A stretch of 64,000 bases of DNA, taken from Phormidesmis sp. Lineage in GTDB: Bacteria > Cyanobacteriota > Cyanobacteriia > Leptolyngbyales > Leptolyngbyaceae. Positions 61,574 through 64,000 of the stretch are shown here, in pieces (within the stretch, counting starts at the first letter, position 1; each line of letters opens with the position of its first letter). Position numbers and translations under genes: made by a program. Where the stretch lies: the NCBI GenBank assembly GCA_965248535.1, contig CBDFJR010000005.1, positions 1,376,001 through 1,440,000 of the forward strand, read 5' to 3'. Under the pieces are notes generated by a model that searched no databases, was not told where the DNA came from, and saw only the letters and a program-made list of their open reading frames with translations.

Positions 61574-62491
61574 ATGACCTTCCCTATCATTTACTCCGAT
61601 CAATTCTTGCTTCATGAAACGGGCTATTTTCACCCCGAAAAACCGGAGCGTCTAAGGGCAATTCAGCAGGCTCTTAAAGCAGCGCCTTGGGCCGATCAGC
61701 TAACCTGGCAAAGCCCAACCTCGATCGAAGCGCGATCGCCGCTGGCGTTTGTGCAGCAAGCCCACGATCGCCGCTATGTCGAAGCCCTGAGACAGTTGGC
61801 TAATCAGGGCGGCGGTCATTTGGATGGCGATACACCCGTCTCTCCGCACAGCTTTGAAGTAGCGCTGCTGGCGGTCAACGCTTGGATTGATGGAGTCATT
61901 TCAACCCTGACGACCGGAGAACCCAGCTTTGTGCTGGCGCGACCCCCCGGACATCATGCCACTGCCAATCTGGGGATGGGGTTTTGTCTATTGAGCAATG
62001 CGGCGATCGCGGCCCTCTATGCCCTCGATCACGGAGCCGATCGCGTTGCCATTCTCGATTGGGATGTGCATCACGGCAATGGCACCCAAGCGATCGTTGA
62101 ACTTCACTCTAATATTGCCTTTTGTTCACTGCATGAGTCGCCTCAATATCCCGGTACGGGCCAGGCAAGTGAGAGCGGCTTTCATCACAACGTGCTCAAT
62201 TTGCCCATGAAAGCGGGGAGCACGATCGCCGATTATCAACCCTTGTTTGAGTCAAAAATTATGCCGTTTTTAACTAATTTTCAGCCTGATTTGCTGATTG
62301 TGAGTGCGGGCTACGATGCCAATCACGACGACCCGCTGGCTAATATCTCGCTGCAACCTCAAGACTATGGTGTGTTTGCAGACTATTGTTTGACGCTGAC
62401 TCGGCGCATTGTCTTTGGCTTAGAAGGAGGCTATGACTTGAATGCGCTGGCTCGATCGGTTGTGGCAACCATCGATCGATGTCTCATTTAG
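61574..62491 (+). CDS. Histone deacetylase family protein
   Basis: HPEKPERL, RPPGHHA, GFCLLSN, DWDVHHGNGTQ, SAGYDA, LEGGY. Confidence 0.95.
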   Translation: MTFPIIYSDQFLLHETGYFHPEKPERLRAIQQALKAAPWADQLTWQSPTSIEARSPLAFVQQAHDRRYVEALRQLANQGGGHLDGDTPVSPHSFEVALLAVNAWIDGVISTLTTGEPSFVLARPPGHHATANLGMGFCLLSNAAIAALYALDHGADRVAILDWDVHHGNGTQAIVELHSNIAFCSLHESPQYPGTGQASESGFHHNVLNLPMKAGSTIADYQPLFESKIMPFLTNFQPDLLIVSAGYDANHDDPLANISLQPQDYGVFADYCLTLTRRIVFGLEGGYDLNALARSVVATIDRCLI

Positions 62492-62783
62492 CAATAGATA
62501 TCTAGAAATAGATTGACACCTATTCTGTCGTTTATCAGTTGAGAACAAGCTATCTATAGAGAATTTTCGCTGTATTCGGTTTGGTGCTTTTAAAGCATTC
62601 TCATAGCGATCACGCTAACGTAACTTACGTGATAACGCTACAGTTCATCGCCAGTAGCTTTAATCAATTCGTCTTAACGATCCTCTACTCAAGATAGACG
62701 CGCTAAGGGAACATTGCAGCTAATCTAACGGTAACGGCTGTAAAAATCTTTAGAACACTAAAACATTTAACTAAACCAACACT

Positions 62784-63038
62784 ATGCAACTCCAAATTGA
62801 ATGCAATAGTCTACTCAAAAGTCAAGAACTCTGCTGTCTCTGTAAACACCCTTTTGAATGCAAAGAAGCACGAGTCATCGTCTGCAATGACCAAGGCACA
62901 GGGTGCGGCGATGCATGCCCAGACTGCATCAGCCAAGGCTTTAGCTGGATTAAAACTAGATTTGAGCAACTCAACCGTCCTAAGAAGACTGCACTGAGCT
63001 ATCACAGAAAGCCGCAAGAAGTCGCGATCGGGGCCTAG
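62784..63038 (+). CDS. Small Cys-rich (CxxC...CxxC) hypothetical protein
   Basis: CCLC...ARVIVC.D.G...GD.CPDC. Confidence 0.7.
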   Translation: MQLQIECNSLLKSQELCCLCKHPFECKEARVIVCNDQGTGCGDACPDCISQGFSWIKTRFEQLNRPKKTALSYHRKPQEVAIGA

Positions 63039-63051
63039 CGATCGCCCCTAC

Positions 63052-63412
63052 CCATACGACGGTAACCTGATTTATTGGAGCCTAAGACAGGGTAACCACC
63101 CAGAAGTCTCAATTCGAGAAGCAACTCTTCTCAAGAGACAACAAGGGAAATGCCCCCACTGCGGACTGACTTTTAGAGAAGGAGATATGTGGGAAATCGA
63201 CCACCGCATCCCCCGCTCAAAAGGCGGTAAGGATTCCTATGAAAACCTTCAACTTCTTCATAAGCATTGCCACGATGGAAAAACAGCTAAAGATGGATTA
63301 ACGGGAGGTAGTAATGTCAAATACCCAACTCACTGAGGAGCCGGATGCACCGAAAGGCGCACGTCCGGTTTGGGAGGCGAGGCAGGTAGGCGACTCCCTG
63401 TCCTTAGCCAGC
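63052..63412 (+). mobile_element. 3' remnant of a group II intron: HNH endonuclease end of the IEP plus domains V and VI
   Basis: 63052-63336 translates PYDGNLIYWS...LLKRQQGKCPHCGL.F...EIDHRIPRSKGGKDSYENLQLLHKHCHDGKT; DV GAGCCGGATGC-ACCGAAAGGC-GCACGTCCGGTTT (63338-63371); DVI with bulged A (~63406). Confidence 0.92.
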
Positions 63413-63552
63413 GGGCTTGTGATTCAGGCTCAGTCTCCTAGGGAGGGAAACCCTCCTTCAGAGTTAAGCGCTAGGTTTGAGAAAAGATGCCGTCTTTATA
63501 GCTATCGGCAAGTATGAGGAAGTGTATGGGTCGACGATCGTAAGGTTGTTGA

Positions 63553-64000
63553 TTACAGCGCCTTGGGAGGTTCTAAGCCCAACGCTAAGAGCAAGCGATC
63601 GCTGTCTACATATTCGTCAATCATTTGACAGACGCATTGAAACTTGATCGGCTCATGCAATCGAACTTGACCAAAGGCCCGATCGACGATCTCAACCGTA
63701 GACAGTGTATCTAGATCCACCGACAAAATCGGAATTTCTAAATCTTCAGCCCGACTGATAATGGCCTTTGAGGGCGGAATGTGACCCGTCAAAATTAAGC
63801 ACTGGGTTGACGTTTCTAGAGCCGCAAGTTGCAGATCAGTGCGATCGCCCCCGGTCACAACCGCCATATTGTGACGTGCCCGGAAGTATTTTAGCGCTGA
63901 GTTGACGTTCATCGCCCCGATCGTCAGACTCTCGACCATCAGATCCATGCGATCGGCGCGACACAGCACATCTGCTTTAAGCTGACGCACCAATTCGCCG
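63553..64000 (-). CDS. Phosphotransacetylase family (DRTGG domain) protein, 3' part
   Basis: [32 protein letters not shown]; frame open at the window edge. Confidence 0.9.
   Translation of the reverse strand, partial: GELVRQLKADVLCRADRMDLMVESLTIGAMNVNSALKYFRARHNMAVVTGGDRTDLQLAALETSTQCLILTGHIPPSKAIISRAEDLEIPILSVDLDTLSTVEIVDRAFGQVRLHEPIKFQCVCQMIDEYVDSDRLLLALGLEPPKAL

Noticed and set aside
63314..63517. 67-aa ORF
   Set aside because: Overlaps intron domains V/VI; RNA structure explains the sequence.

Overview
Chromosomal segment of a filamentous cyanobacterium. The HIP1 octamer GCGATCGC is very dense and apcABC is present; Leptolyngbyaceae/Phormidesmis-like is an inference. The backbone is housekeeping genes: mfd, lysS, two GyrA/ParC paralogues, glyS, murD, recF, ribD, trmFO, hisH, apcABC, nurA, a polar amino-acid ABC transporter with an SLH porin, and a GH57/DUF3536 gene. 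Many small accessory modules interrupt it. These are an ABC-ATPase(DUF3696)+RelE-fusion pair, two BrnT/BrnA TA pairs (one bracketed by a ~115-bp duplication of the neighbouring gene's promoter/5' end), decayed TA-like modules, an EACC1-orthocaspase locus with a frameshifted caspase-TM-pilin fusion, an HTH-NACHT gene with a divergent TRADD-N-associated 2TM gene, and a 3' remnant of a group II intron. Two signals remain unexplained. (i) A ~660-nt minus-strand unit (22573-23247) has a -10 box, 5' and 3' hairpins, complementary termini, a 39-codon uORF and an RBS-sequestered 123-aa orphan ORF. (ii) A degenerate 40-bp-period palindromic array lies upstream of lysS. No rRNA, tRNA or CRISPR array was recognised. 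All family assignments are by motif recognition; no database searches were run.
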